IMG/VR virus record: IMGVR_UViG_3300046660_000513
Span: 1 to 64,000 of that record
DNA: 64,000 bases
Direction: 5' to 3' (one strand)
DNA from: a virus
Shown: one piece after another, positions 9,395 through 18,425 of the stretch
How the letters are laid out: every line of letters begins with the position of its first letter
Position numbering within the stretch: the first letter of the stretch is position 1
The notes under the pieces: model-generated
What the model saw: the letters and a program-made list of their open reading frames with translations, nothing else
The model's database searches: none
What the model was told of the DNA's origin: nothing
Position numbers and translations under genes: made by a program

Positions 9395-9673
9395 TCAGTC
9401 CTCCCGGAGGATCTCCCCAGGCTCAAGCCGGTAGATGAAGCCCTTGGAGACGGCGTAAACGAGGCCGTCCCGGTATTCCTGCACCCGCCCTGTGATGCGG
9501 ACCCCTTCGTACATGAAGGCCACGGTGTGTCCGATCTTCCGCAGGCAGTAGATCTTGGTGGTCAGGGCGTCCAGGGCGCGGACGGCGACAGGATCGAGGA
9601 TCGGGCCCTCGGCCAGGTCGCGGTATCCGGCGATGGCGTCGTCCAGCATTTCCAGCTCTTGGGGAGTGAACAC
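9395..9673 (-). CDS. Hypothetical protein
   Basis: Motif 9705 + RBS. Confidence 0.7.
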   Translation of the reverse strand: MFTPQELEMLDDAIAGYRDLAEGPILDPVAVRALDALTTKIYCLRKIGHTVAFMYEGVRITGRVQEYRDGLVYAVSKGFIYRLEPGEILRED

Positions 9674-9779
9674 GGGAGTCTCCTCGGTTCGGTGTCTCTT
9701 GATGTATCTACCCTAGCACATAAGGAAGGAAAGGGGAACCCCGCCTGATCGGATCAGACGGGGTCAGGAGACCTTTCGG

Positions 9780-9998
9780 TCACTTTCTCCACTCGTACCC
9801 GGCTCTTTTCATATCCTGCCGGAAATTCTTCAGGGCATAGTGGCAACTGGGGCTCAGGGCCATCGTGGCGACGCGTACACCGTCCTTTCGGATGGTGTAG
9901 TGGCTCGTTCGGGGGTTTTTGATGACCTCTATGCCCTGGTTTCGTCCCCAAGATCCCTCCAGCTCGCGGAGGATCACACGGACTTCTTTGCTCGACAT
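9780..9998 (-). CDS. HicA-like mRNA interferase toxin
   Basis: 72 aa, MSSKEVRVILREL...TSHYTIR...ATMALSPS...KNFRQDMKRAG, dsRBD-like HicA pattern with His. Confidence 0.65.
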   Translation of the reverse strand: MSSKEVRVILRELEGSWGRNQGIEVIKNPRTSHYTIRKDGVRVATMALSPSCHYALKNFRQDMKRAGYEWRK

Positions 9999-10086
9999 GA
10001 CAGTCTCCTCTGTGGTGCAGGTATATCTACCCTAGCACTCATGGTAGGATCCGACTACCACTTTCACACAACAAGGAGTTTCCGTC

Positions 10087-10284
10087 ATGTACGAGATCAC
10101 TTTTACAGTCGGCCTCCGCTACCGGGGAGGCGTCCGGCGGCAGCTGCGCGACCTCGGCTTGGACTACACCGAGGCCCGGAGCCTGCTGGACTCACTGATC
10201 ACGATACGCACGGACTGCCGGGAGCTGTACGAGATCCTGGCAGACGAGATCCACGAGACCGCTGCGAGCAGGGCCCTCAGATAA
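10087..10284 (+). CDS. Hypothetical protein, paralog of 5366..5566
   Basis: AAGGAG RBS; sequence similarity. Confidence 0.7.
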   Translation: MYEITFTVGLRYRGGVRRQLRDLGLDYTEARSLLDSLITIRTDCRELYEILADEIHETAASRALR

Positions 10285-10549
10285 CCCTGAACGCAAACGG
10301 CCCGATCACAGGAATTGTGATCGGGCCGTTTTTCTGTTCCTGCAACAAATCCTGCACACCCTCCAGAACAGACAGAACGGCCCTCAGGAGCGCCTGGAAC
10401 CCCCGGGCAGGTCCCGATACCCCGGAGAGATCCCGGGAGCCCTGTAAAACGCCGTCCAGAGCGGCTACGGTGAGGCCTGCCCTCGGAGGGCACAAACCGC
10501 TGACACCGTCGCCGGAACTAGGGTGTCGCGGGCCCTTCCGAGGGCACCC

Positions 10550-10984
10550 TCATGTCTGCGGGCTGTCGGCGGGTACCGGGTCGGTCGGGCAGCCGCAGCC
10601 CCAGTTGTGGGTCTCCGGGGTCGGACAGTGGACGTCGTGCTCGATCCCGGCGTCGCAAGCGGGGCAGTCGGTGGCCACCGGTTTCTCCGGGGTGAGCTGC
10701 ACGGAGGCCCCGCAGTCGCAACGCTGGTCCCCATGCCAGGGGTCGCCGTCGCACTCCGGCACCCATTCCAGGGTCACCGGGATGGCTTCCATGGTCACGA
10801 GGTCGTGCCAGTCGCCCCACGAGCTGGGAGGCTGCTTGCCGCAGGCGGCGTGAACCAACTGGGCCTGCCCCTCCTCGATCTCCAGCTGGTAGCGGTTGTC
10901 TCCGGGAGGGCACGTGCAGCCGGTCTCTTCGTACTCCGGTTCGTCGGAGGGGTCGACGGGTTCGAAGAAGTTCAGGGTGTCCAT
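10550..10984 (-). CDS. Cys-rich hypothetical protein
   Basis: Operon position, RBS. Confidence 0.65.
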   Translation of the reverse strand: MDTLNFFEPVDPSDEPEYEETGCTCPPGDNRYQLEIEEGQAQLVHAACGKQPPSSWGDWHDLVTMEAIPVTLEWVPECDGDPWHGDQRCDCGASVQLTPEKPVATDCPACDAGIEHDVHCPTPETHNWGCGCPTDPVPADSPQT

Positions 10985-11193
10985 GGGGTGATCTCCGGAT
11001 CGATCTCGTCGGCGGCCTCATTGCAGTCGTCCATGTGGTCATCGGTGTAGTCGCGGAGCCGTTCCGAGTTACGGATTGTCTCCGCCAGCTCGTGGGCGAA
11101 GGCGTCGATACGGGCACTCGCTTTCTCGGAACGTTCGGGGGAGTGAGGGCCGCCAGCCATCAGGGCCGCGTACAGGTCTGCCCTAGCGCTCAC
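10972..11193 (-). CDS. Hypothetical protein
   Basis: GTGA overlap with upstream gene. Confidence 0.65.
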   Translation of the reverse strand: MSARADLYAALMAGGPHSPERSEKASARIDAFAHELAETIRNSERLRDYTDDHMDDCNEAADEIDPEITPWTP

Positions 11194-12314
11194 GGGGTTT
11201 CCTCCGGGTCGGGCCGGTCCGTCTCACAGATCAGGCAGACGCGTCGGTGGTTTTCCTTGCTGCACACCGGGCAGATCCACGCCGGGCCGATCCCGAGTTC
11301 CGCTTCCAGTACCTTCACGCGGGCTTCCGCGTTGTTCGCGCGCTGGAGAACCTTGCTGTAGACCGACCAGAGGACCGGCCGCTCCTTGCCGTCGGCGTAC
11401 CGCTGCACTTCTTCCATCAGCGCGTTGTTTTTCTCATCAGCCCGCCGCAGCCCTTCCTTGTAGCGGGTGCGGTGGTTCTCCAGGGCGGCCACGGCGTTTG
11501 CGCTTGCCCGCCGCTCCAGTTCCTTGAGCATGTTCCGAGAGCCGTCGATGGCGCGGGCGAGGATCGCGTTCCTCAGCTGGTCCGACGTGTACGAGACTTC
11601 GCAGGTGACCTCCTGCTCACAGAGGCTGTGATCGCCTTCCTCGTGCGCCCACTCCCTCTCGTGCCGATCACACGGTTCTCCGCCGTCCTCGCACGGGAAT
11701 TCATCGCAAGGGGTCGGCTTCGGTGCCCCCTCGGCCTCTGTATCCGCCTGTTCGGCGTCTGCGACCGCTATCACGGCGGAAACCAGATCAGCGGGGCAGG
11801 TGCCACCCGTAACGGCGTCCATGGCCGCTGCGTACCGCTGCCACCGGGTGGTAGGCGTCTGAGCCCGGTTGGCCTCACTGAGGACGTCGATACCACAGCC
11901 CCGGTAGGAGCAGGTACACCGCAGGGCCGACGCTTCCACGTCCGAGACGGTGACCCGCTTCCAGTCAAAGGGGGATTGCAGGCCCTCGGGGGCGTGCTTC
12001 AGGCACCGGAGCATGTGAGGCGACACCCAAGAGCGGTAGCCCACCAGGCGGCTTCCGTCCCCGGTCAGGAGAGACGGCGTGTAGATCTTTCCGCCGTCTC
12101 CGTACACGGTCCGCCCCTGCTGAAGGTGCCAGACGTCCGCGAAGCCGAGCGGCCCTCCCTGGCAGTCCATCAGTGGAGGGCAAACCTTGTCCGCTCCGGG
12201 CTTGTTCAGGCAGAGGCAGCGGTGCCAGCACTTTGACTTGTGGCTGACGGCTCCGTCGCATTCGGCGCCGGGGGCGTGCTGTGGGTGCTGGCAGTTCGGG
12301 CAGAGGTCTTTCAT
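11190..12314 (-). CDS. Multi-domain Cys-rich protein with C-terminal coiled coil and RanBP2-like zinc finger
   Basis: C-terminal WICPVCSKENHRRVCLIC. Confidence 0.7.
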   Translation of the reverse strand: MKDLCPNCQHPQHAPGAECDGAVSHKSKCWHRCLCLNKPGADKVCPPLMDCQGGPLGFADVWHLQQGRTVYGDGGKIYTPSLLTGDGSRLVGYRSWVSPHMLRCLKHAPEGLQSPFDWKRVTVSDVEASALRCTCSYRGCGIDVLSEANRAQTPTTRWQRYAAAMDAVTGGTCPADLVSAVIAVADAEQADTEAEGAPKPTPCDEFPCEDGGEPCDRHEREWAHEEGDHSLCEQEVTCEVSYTSDQLRNAILARAIDGSRNMLKELERRASANAVAALENHRTRYKEGLRRADEKNNALMEEVQRYADGKERPVLWSVYSKVLQRANNAEARVKVLEAELGIGPAWICPVCSKENHRRVCLICETDRPDPEETP

Positions 12315-12754
12315 GCCGGGTCTCCTCCGGAGTCAGCGCGGACGGCGTCGATGATGATCTTCCGCATTTTCGGTGTCATCTTGGGGTGGAAGGCGAAGAG
12401 GATCCGTACGCCGATTTCCCCGTTCTCGGTGGGGATGTCAACGGTGTCGGCATGGGGTTCCAGACCGTCGGCTCCGAGGTTGACGGCCCAGTCGGATACG
12501 TCGGCTGCCCTCGTGAGTAGGGTGTCGATGCTGCGCTGCGCCGCCTCGAAGTCTTCTTGGGGGAGATGGCTCCAAGCACGGCTCATCTCCAGCGGTTCGC
12601 CGGTCTCCGGCTCCAAGTCGACGACTGTGGAAGGGATCGGCGTACCGTCCATCTGCTCTCCGATGCCCATGAAGTCCGGGTCTTCCGTGAGCGTGATGTG
12701 CTGCCGGGCGGCTTCGGCGCGGAGGTCGGCGTCGGTGTACGGCTGTTCAGTCAT
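12311..12754 (-). CDS. Hypothetical phage protein
   Basis: AGGAG RBS. Confidence 0.7.
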   Translation of the reverse strand: MTEQPYTDADLRAEAARQHITLTEDPDFMGIGEQMDGTPIPSTVVDLEPETGEPLEMSRAWSHLPQEDFEAAQRSIDTLLTRAADVSDWAVNLGADGLEPHADTVDIPTENGEIGVRILFAFHPKMTPKMRKIIIDAVRADSGGDPA

Positions 12755-12830
12755 CGTTTATCTCCTGGTGGTATGAGGACGGCCGTCCCGCCACTGGACG
12801 AGACGGCCGTTTTGCCGGGTGCGGTGGGTG

Positions 12831-13295
12831 TCAGAGGGACCCTGCGATCAGGTCCAGAGCGCTGTTCGCTGCCGCCCGCCGTTCGGTGGGGGTCATAGGC
12901 ACGATGACCCCCAGCATTTTTGCGGCGGTGAGGTCTTCGGTGTCCTGGTTGACTCCGGCGTTGGCGATTTTCCGGAATTCTTGCGAGGCGAACCCTGGGG
13001 TGTCGGGGTTCAGCAGTGACGACGGGAGCCCGCCACCTGTTACCTCGGCCACGGCGATGCATGCCACGCTCACCATCCGGGCTGTGGTTACGGGGTCTTC
13101 TGCCAGAAGGGTCAGCAGCGGGTCTTGACAGGTGGTGCATCCGTCGAGGGCGGCCCCGATGAGGTCCGCGAGGAGTCCGCCGTTTACCGGCAGTCCTCCG
13201 AAGTCGTTGGTGTCGTGGTCGAATCCGGTGCTGTGGTCGTGCGTGACGGGTTCGGGGCGTTCCCGGCGGGGCTTGCTCGGCTTCTGCCGTCCCAT
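12831..13295 (-). CDS. Hypothetical protein
   Basis: GGAG RBS; CxxC. Confidence 0.7.
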   Translation of the reverse strand: MGRQKPSKPRRERPEPVTHDHSTGFDHDTNDFGGLPVNGGLLADLIGAALDGCTTCQDPLLTLLAEDPVTTARMVSVACIAVAEVTGGGLPSSLLNPDTPGFASQEFRKIANAGVNQDTEDLTAAKMLGVIVPMTPTERRAAANSALDLIAGSL

Positions 13296-13403
13296 GGGTT
13301 TCTCCAGGTTTCTGGGGGTTGTTGGGGCGGTCTGAGGCTATCGGGCGGGTCTGACACGCCCCGAACCCGCCGCGTGCTGCGACGGGTTCGGTGTGGGGGA
13401 GGG

Positions 13404-13742
13404 TCAGCGTGCGTTTTGGTAGCGCGCGGCGTCCTGCTGCATGCCCTGCCAGACAACTTCGAACATCTGGGCGAGGATCATTTCCCGGGCGCCGAGGTTG
13501 CGCTTGTTCTGCGTGTTCGCCTGCACGAAATGCAGCTTGGCGGCGCGCTTCCGGCGGAGTATGGCGTTGGCGATGGCTTCGTCGGTGGCGTTGCGGAGGC
13601 GCCAGTTGCCGATGGTCTGGAGAACGATCCGGAATCCCCAGTTGAAGAGGCGTTCCGAGTCGGCGGCGGTCATTACGCCCTGTTCGACCTTTTCGGCGAG
13701 CATGTTGCGGGCAGCGGTTTCGGTGTTGGCGATGACACGCAT
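13404..13742 (-). CDS. Hypothetical protein
   Basis: Motif variant 13772 + RBS. Confidence 0.7.
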   Translation of the reverse strand: MRVIANTETAARNMLAEKVEQGVMTAADSERLFNWGFRIVLQTIGNWRLRNATDEAIANAILRRKRAAKLHFVQANTQNKRNLGAREMILAQMFEVVWQGMQQDAARYQNAR

Positions 13743-13877
13743 GACGATCCCCTCGGGTGGTCGAGCTGATGTATCTACTCTAGCAGCTACGGGTTCGCTT
13801 GCCTAGCATCATGCAGCCTTTGATGCAGGGATAGCAAACGGGGGCACAGCCGAAGCCGTACCCCCGTCTCTCGCCGG

Positions 13878-14153
13878 TCACTCCGGCAACAGTCCCAACT
13901 CCCGGCACACCCGCACCGCTACCTCTGCGATGGCCGTCGTGGAACCGTCCAGATGCACCACGCCGTTGCTGGTAGCAGTCCAACGGATGTCGTGGGCATC
14001 CCAGCACTCTTGTTCGGTCATCTCACAGTCGATGCCGTTGCACTCGTACGCCTCAGCCGTCAGGTTCTGTACCAGCCGCTCCCTGAACGCCTCTACAGAC
14101 ACCGGCCGCATCTCCTCGGGCGTAGGCCCGTGGCGCTCCCCGAACCATCCCAT
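13878..14153 (-). CDS. Hypothetical protein
   Basis: TGATG overlap. Confidence 0.6.
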   Translation of the reverse strand: MGWFGERHGPTPEEMRPVSVEAFRERLVQNLTAEAYECNGIDCEMTEQECWDAHDIRWTATSNGVVHLDGSTTAIAEVAVRVCRELGLLPE

Positions 14154-14302
14154 CAGTCCCACCCTTCCTCGCTGCGCTGCATCCGGGACGTGGACTCCGG
14201 CCGCTCCCATAGCTGTTGGTCCAGCTCCCACAACTCCCGCCAGCCCTCCTGTTCGTTCCAGTCGGGTATCTCCGGGTCCTCATCCGGGTGTCTGCGCCTC
14301 AC
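14153..14302 (-). CDS. Acidic Trp-rich 49-aa protein (not in ORF track)
   Basis: GTGA and TGATG overlaps on both sides; ...DWNEQEGWRELWELDQQLW... Confidence 0.55.
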   Translation of the reverse strand: MRRRHPDEDPEIPDWNEQEGWRELWELDQQLWERPESTSRMQRSEEGWD

Positions 14303-14724
14303 TGCTGCTCACTCCCACGCTTGACAACGAACATTCCGCCGCCGATGTTGACGACCGTGTCCCCGGGGTGGGCGTACACCACACCACCCCGTGGGCCCCA
14401 GCCGACCAGCTCGTACGCTCCGCCAGCACGCCAGCCGCCAACCCATGCGGCGATCTCGTCCGCGTTGTCCCGGGTCAGCGTGCGGGTGTCCGGCGGGCAG
14501 TCGTAGCCGTGCTGGCCGCAGAAGTTGTGACCGCGAGTGCACGGGTTGACGGGCTCCCGGTGCGCCGTGTCGTCGCCTGTGTGCCCCGCGACAGCTGCCC
14601 CGGCAGTGGCCTCCCGGGCACATTCCTGCGCGTACACGTCCAGGATGTCGGCGAGCTTCTCCGGGTCCATACCGAGCCGTTCGGCTGCTGCCAGTGTCGC
14701 CGGGGTGATCCGGTTCTCTTCCAT
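14299..14724 (-). CDS. Hypothetical protein
   Basis: AGGAGG RBS. Confidence 0.7.
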   Translation of the reverse strand: MEENRITPATLAAAERLGMDPEKLADILDVYAQECAREATAGAAVAGHTGDDTAHREPVNPCTRGHNFCGQHGYDCPPDTRTLTRDNADEIAAWVGGWRAGGAYELVGWGPRGGVVYAHPGDTVVNIGGGMFVVKRGSEQQ

Positions 14725-14775
14725 GGTTCCTCCTAGGAAAGAAGCCGCCCACGAGCTGGACGGCTTCTTACGGGT

Positions 14776-14907
14776 TTATCCGTTCACGGCTACGGCGGCG
14801 GCCATACCTCCAAGAAAGCCGATGATGAGTAGCGCCGCGTAGAGAATCAGTGCGACAGGTATGGCGAGTGTGATCAGGATTGCGCGGCGGACGGTTCGGG
14901 CTTTCAC
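14776..14907 (-). CDS. Single-TM peptide, 43 aa (not in ORF track)
   Basis: MKARTVRRAILITLAIPVALILYAALLIIGFLGG... Confidence 0.55.
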   Translation of the reverse strand: MKARTVRRAILITLAIPVALILYAALLIIGFLGGMAAAVAVNG

Positions 14908-14927
14908 GGCCTCTTCTTCGGTGTCGG

Positions 14928-15029
14928 TCAGTTGTGCCAGAGGCCGATGGCGAAGCCTGTGGCGATGATCAGGGCTACGGCGCTTCCTGCGATGAGCAGG
15001 AGTAGGCAGCCGATTCCTTTGGGGATCAT
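14928..15029 (-). CDS. Single-TM peptide, 33 aa (not in ORF track)
   Basis: GGAG RBS; MIPKGIGCLLLLIAGSAVALIIATGFAIGLWHN. Confidence 0.55.
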   Translation of the reverse strand: MIPKGIGCLLLLIAGSAVALIIATGFAIGLWHN

Positions 15030-15031
15030 GG

Positions 15032-15163
15032 TCAGTGTGCTCCCGGTGCGAGCTTGGCGAGGAGACGGCCCAGGCGGGCCGATCCGGCGGGGGAAAGACG
15101 CTCGAACTTGATCTTCTGCGTCTTGGGCTGCTGAGGGTTGCGATTGTACGTCTGGTTAGGCAT
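15032..15163 (-). CDS. 43-aa peptide (not in ORF track)
   Basis: Motif 15185 + AGGAGG RBS; MPNQTYNRNPQQPKTQKIKFERLS... Confidence 0.6.
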   Translation of the reverse strand: MPNQTYNRNPQQPKTQKIKFERLSPAGSARLGRLLAKLAPGAH

Positions 15164-15241
15164 GTGAACGCCTCCTAGGGAATGTATCTACCCTAACAGA
15201 AGAGGGACGGGAGATCTAGTAGTCTCCCGTCCCCCAGACGC

Positions 15242-15745
15242 TCAGATCGTCGTCCGTCCCGCGTACTTCCACGTCGCATCGAGAGGGATCCCACCAGGGC
15301 AGCGCCCCGGACGGTGTTGGGGGATCTCATCTCCCTTGTCCGAGTAGCCGTAGCGCGTGAACGGGCACTTGAGGCGGTCGCACTTGCCCTCGGCCGTGAA
15401 CACGTACCAGGTATCACCCTGGTGAGCGACGACGTCCGAGAGGCTGCTCCCTGTGGACCACGGATACCAGGCGCCCCAAGACACGTACACCAGCACCGAC
15501 TTACCGTCTACGTCCAGGCGCCACCTGTACAGGCTCGGGGAGATGCCCGGGTTACCGGGGTTGTCCCCCTCGCCTGCCGGAACTGCCTCCGCCATGCTGA
15601 ATGTGCGGGCGTCCGTTCCTACCAGGGACTGGGGGACGTACACCTTCCAGGTCTCCGCGCGGCGCTCGTCGTACCAGTAGGGGCGTCGTAGCCTGATCTG
15701 GGTACCGGCCTTACGGGTCTTGCACAGTGGCTTGTTCCGCTTCAT
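15242..15745 (-). CDS. Hypothetical protein
   Basis: Motif 15764. Confidence 0.7.
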   Translation of the reverse strand: MKRNKPLCKTRKAGTQIRLRRPYWYDERRAETWKVYVPQSLVGTDARTFSMAEAVPAGEGDNPGNPGISPSLYRWRLDVDGKSVLVYVSWGAWYPWSTGSSLSDVVAHQGDTWYVFTAEGKCDRLKCPFTRYGYSDKGDEIPQHRPGRCPGGIPLDATWKYAGRTTI

Positions 15746-15825
15746 CGTTTACCCCCTTTGATATATCTACCCTAGCACACGGAAGGGGCGGAAGGCCAGT
15801 AGCCCCCGCCCCTTCCGTGCAACGC

Positions 15826-16758
15826 TTACGCGCTCGCCAGCTCCGCCGTCTCCAGCTCCGGCGACTCGATGGCCTTTACGTACGTCCGGAACATGGAGAG
15901 AACCTGCTTACCGACCTGCTGTACGGCCTTCATGACGTCCTCAGGGTCCTTGCCCGCCCAGGTGGCGATGTAAGGGGCGGAATAAGAGGCCGTCTCCAGT
16001 CCGTAGTACTGAGAGACCATGTAGGCGAAACTCTCGGCCACAGTCTCCGCGATACCCCGGTGCTCCCGGTACTCCGCCAGGTCCGAGACGTGGTCCGCCA
16101 GAATGTGACCGAGTTCGTGAACCAAGGTCTTGGTCTGCTGTGCAGGTGACACCCTGTCGCTCACACGCACGACCATCGCCTTGGGGTCGGTGTAGCCGTT
16201 CGCGCTGCCCGTGTTGCCGTGCTCGATGGTGTAACCGAGCTTCTCGATCTGTCCGGCGACGTCGTCCCACATTTCGGCAGGGGCCTCGCCCTGAAGGTGC
16301 TTGACAACCTTGGGACGGCTGACCGTGGGCGTGATGAAGTAGGTGGCCGCGCCCTCGTGCTGCCAAATCGGCTCCGTTTGTGAGACATCGAACTCGGCCT
16401 GGAGGCGGAAGCCGACGATCTTTGTTTTGTCTGGATTGCGCTCGTCCTTGGCCGTGATGGGGGAGGAGACGCGCAGGGACTTGGTGCCCTTCATGGGGAA
16501 TCTGCCGCGAGCCGCCCAGGCTTTCGAGGTGATCACGGCCGTTGCGTCCGGGCACTGCGAAAGGATCCAGAGCATGTTGTTGAAGGAGAACCGCGACAGC
16601 TCGGTCCCGTTCTTCTCCGTCATGGCCTTGAGGAGCTTGGGCCAGGCGTCGGAGGTGACGAGTTCCTGCACGGTGTCGGCGAGCTTCTCGTGCAGCTCGT
16701 TAGCGAGCTGCTTGGTCTTGCTGGGGGACTTGCTCGCGTAGCGCTTGGCGTAGGCCAT
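15826..16758 (-). CDS. ArdC-like antirestriction ssDNA-binding protein with HExxH metallopeptidase-like domain
   Basis: FSFNNMLWILSQCPDATAV...W...GR..KG.K N-domain; TLVHELGH..H and ETVAESFAY C-domain. Confidence 0.85.
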   Translation of the reverse strand: MAYAKRYASKSPSKTKQLANELHEKLADTVQELVTSDAWPKLLKAMTEKNGTELSRFSFNNMLWILSQCPDATAVITSKAWAARGRFPMKGTKSLRVSSPITAKDERNPDKTKIVGFRLQAEFDVSQTEPIWQHEGAATYFITPTVSRPKVVKHLQGEAPAEMWDDVAGQIEKLGYTIEHGNTGSANGYTDPKAMVVRVSDRVSPAQQTKTLVHELGHILADHVSDLAEYREHRGIAETVAESFAYMVSQYYGLETASYSAPYIATWAGKDPEDVMKAVQQVGKQVLSMFRTYVKAIESPELETAELASA

Positions 16759-16927
16759 CAGGATCTCCTCGGTTCGGTGTTCCGTCTTGATATATCTACA
16801 CTAGCACACTACTAGGGTAGATGCGCAAGAGGGATTCACAGCCAAACCGGGAAGGGACACACCCTCGGTGTGCGAATCGGCTAGAGTTCACACATCAATC
16901 CGGTGAATCCGTGGAGAGGGGACACCC

Positions 16928-17416
16928 ATGTCCGATTCTGCAACACCCGCTGTAAAACCCCGCAACAAGTGGTTTTGGCTGCGCGGGGTACCCGCTACCA
17001 TCGTGGTCGGCATTCCGGCCGGTACCGGTGTCCAGTACTTCACCGGACTGCATGACTCGACCCTGCGCGACCGTATCCAGGGCGGGGTGGCCTGGATCTT
17101 CGTATCGGTTGTCACCGGACTCACGGCCTACGCCCTGTACCGGATCAAGGTCAACATGGCGTACAACCGGCGGCCTTTCACCCCGAAGGACCGGGCGTAC
17201 TGCAACGGGGCCGCGTGTACTGCACTTCTCGGGGCCGTGGCCATCGCAATCAGTCAGCTGATCTGGAAGACCCCCACAGGCCACAGCATCGGTTTGGTCG
17301 ATGTGCTCTCCGCACAGGTGCTCACCTGCATCATCGTGTCCTGGGTCTTGTTCCTGCTGGCCGAGGTTCACAAGCGGGGTGCCGAGCTGTTCGACGAGCT
17401 GGAGCAGGGCGTATGA
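16928..17416 (+). CDS. DUF2975-like four-TM membrane protein
   Basis: Four hydrophobic segments, C-terminal LAEVHKRGAELFDELEQGV; coupled to HTH gene. Confidence 0.65.
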   Translation: MSDSATPAVKPRNKWFWLRGVPATIVVGIPAGTGVQYFTGLHDSTLRDRIQGGVAWIFVSVVTGLTAYALYRIKVNMAYNRRPFTPKDRAYCNGAACTALLGAVAIAISQLIWKTPTGHSIGLVDVLSAQVLTCIIVSWVLFLLAEVHKRGAELFDELEQGV

Positions 17417-17649
17417 CCGAGGCCCTGGAAGAAACAGAGTCGGGGATCACGATCCGCCTGGACATTCTGCTGGTGCAACGGAAAATGACGTTGACTCAGC
17501 TGGCCGCAGAGGTCGGGATGCACATCAACGCCTTGTCTCGGCTGAAGAACGGGGACGTCTCGTTCATCAGAATCGAGACTCTGCGGAAGCTCTGCAAGGT
17601 GCTGGACTGCCAGCCGGGGGACCTGCTCGTCTACACCGATCACCCGTAG
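17413..17649 (+). CDS. Cro/C1 (YozG-like) HTH regulator
   Basis: IRLDILLVQRKMTLTQLAAEVGMHINALSRLKNG...IRIETLRKLCKVLDCQPGDLL. Confidence 0.9.
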   Translation: MTEALEETESGITIRLDILLVQRKMTLTQLAAEVGMHINALSRLKNGDVSFIRIETLRKLCKVLDCQPGDLLVYTDHP

Positions 17650-17707
17650 CTCAGACAGCAAAAACGGCCGGTACGGGAGAGATCCCGTACCGGCCGTTTG
17701 CGTCCTG

Positions 17708-18115
17708 CTAGTCCGGCGCCTTTACCAGCGTCGGTTCGGTCCCCTTGTTCATGGCGGCCCGCACCTTCAGGATCAGCTCTCCGATCCGGCCCTCTACCCG
17801 GGCGATGTCCTCCGCCGTGTGGGAGTAGGTGTCCTTCTTCATCTGGCCGAGCCGGTTGCCGGTGTAGTCGATGAACCCCTGAAGGGTGAGCGGCTTGAGC
17901 GGCGGGGTGAGAACGTCCCGGCTGGTCAGCATCTCAAACGGCGACGGGCAGGAACAGCCGCTGTCACTGGCGTAGAACAGCTCACCGGTGGTGATGTCCT
18001 GCCAGACGGTCGTCATATCGAACTGATAAGCGTCATCGTCCCAGGAGAGGTTTCCGATGATCTTCAGGCCGAACTTCTCCGGGCTGCTGAACAGGTCGGG
18101 ATCGTTGTAACCCAT
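17708..18115 (-). CDS. Conserved phage hypothetical protein
   Basis: DSGCSCPSPFE motif; AAGGAAG RBS. Confidence 0.7.
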   Translation of the reverse strand: MGYNDPDLFSSPEKFGLKIIGNLSWDDDAYQFDMTTVWQDITTGELFYASDSGCSCPSPFEMLTSRDVLTPPLKPLTLQGFIDYTGNRLGQMKKDTYSHTAEDIARVEGRIGELILKVRAAMNKGTEPTLVKAPD

Positions 18116-18128
18116 GGACGGCTTCCTT

Positions 18129-18338
18129 TCAGGGGCGGGCGGTGACGAAGGTTCCCAGGTGGTTGGTGTAGATCAGCCCATCACGCTTGACGAGACGGAA
18201 GGCTCGGGCGATGGATACTGTGCTGACGTTGTAGGCCCTCGCTAGCTCTGCCTGGGTGGGGAGCTGTTGGCCTGCAACATAGGTGTTGTCGGCTATGCAG
18301 CGTCGGATCTCGTTGGCGATCTCTACGTACCTTGCCAT
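18129..18338 (-). CDS. Minimal GntR-family wHTH regulator (leaderless)
   Basis: RYVEIANEIRRCI...LPTQAELARAYNVSTVSIARAFRLVKRDGLI...GTFV; ATG 6 nt after TAGGGT. Confidence 0.85.
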   Translation of the reverse strand: MARYVEIANEIRRCIADNTYVAGQQLPTQAELARAYNVSTVSIARAFRLVKRDGLIYTNHLGTFVTARP

Positions 18339-18425
18339 GTATCTACCCTATCACGAGAAAGCCGCCCCAGGGATCCCCCGAGGCGGCTCCTCACATCCGG
18401 CAACTAGCCTCCGTCAGGCCACTTG

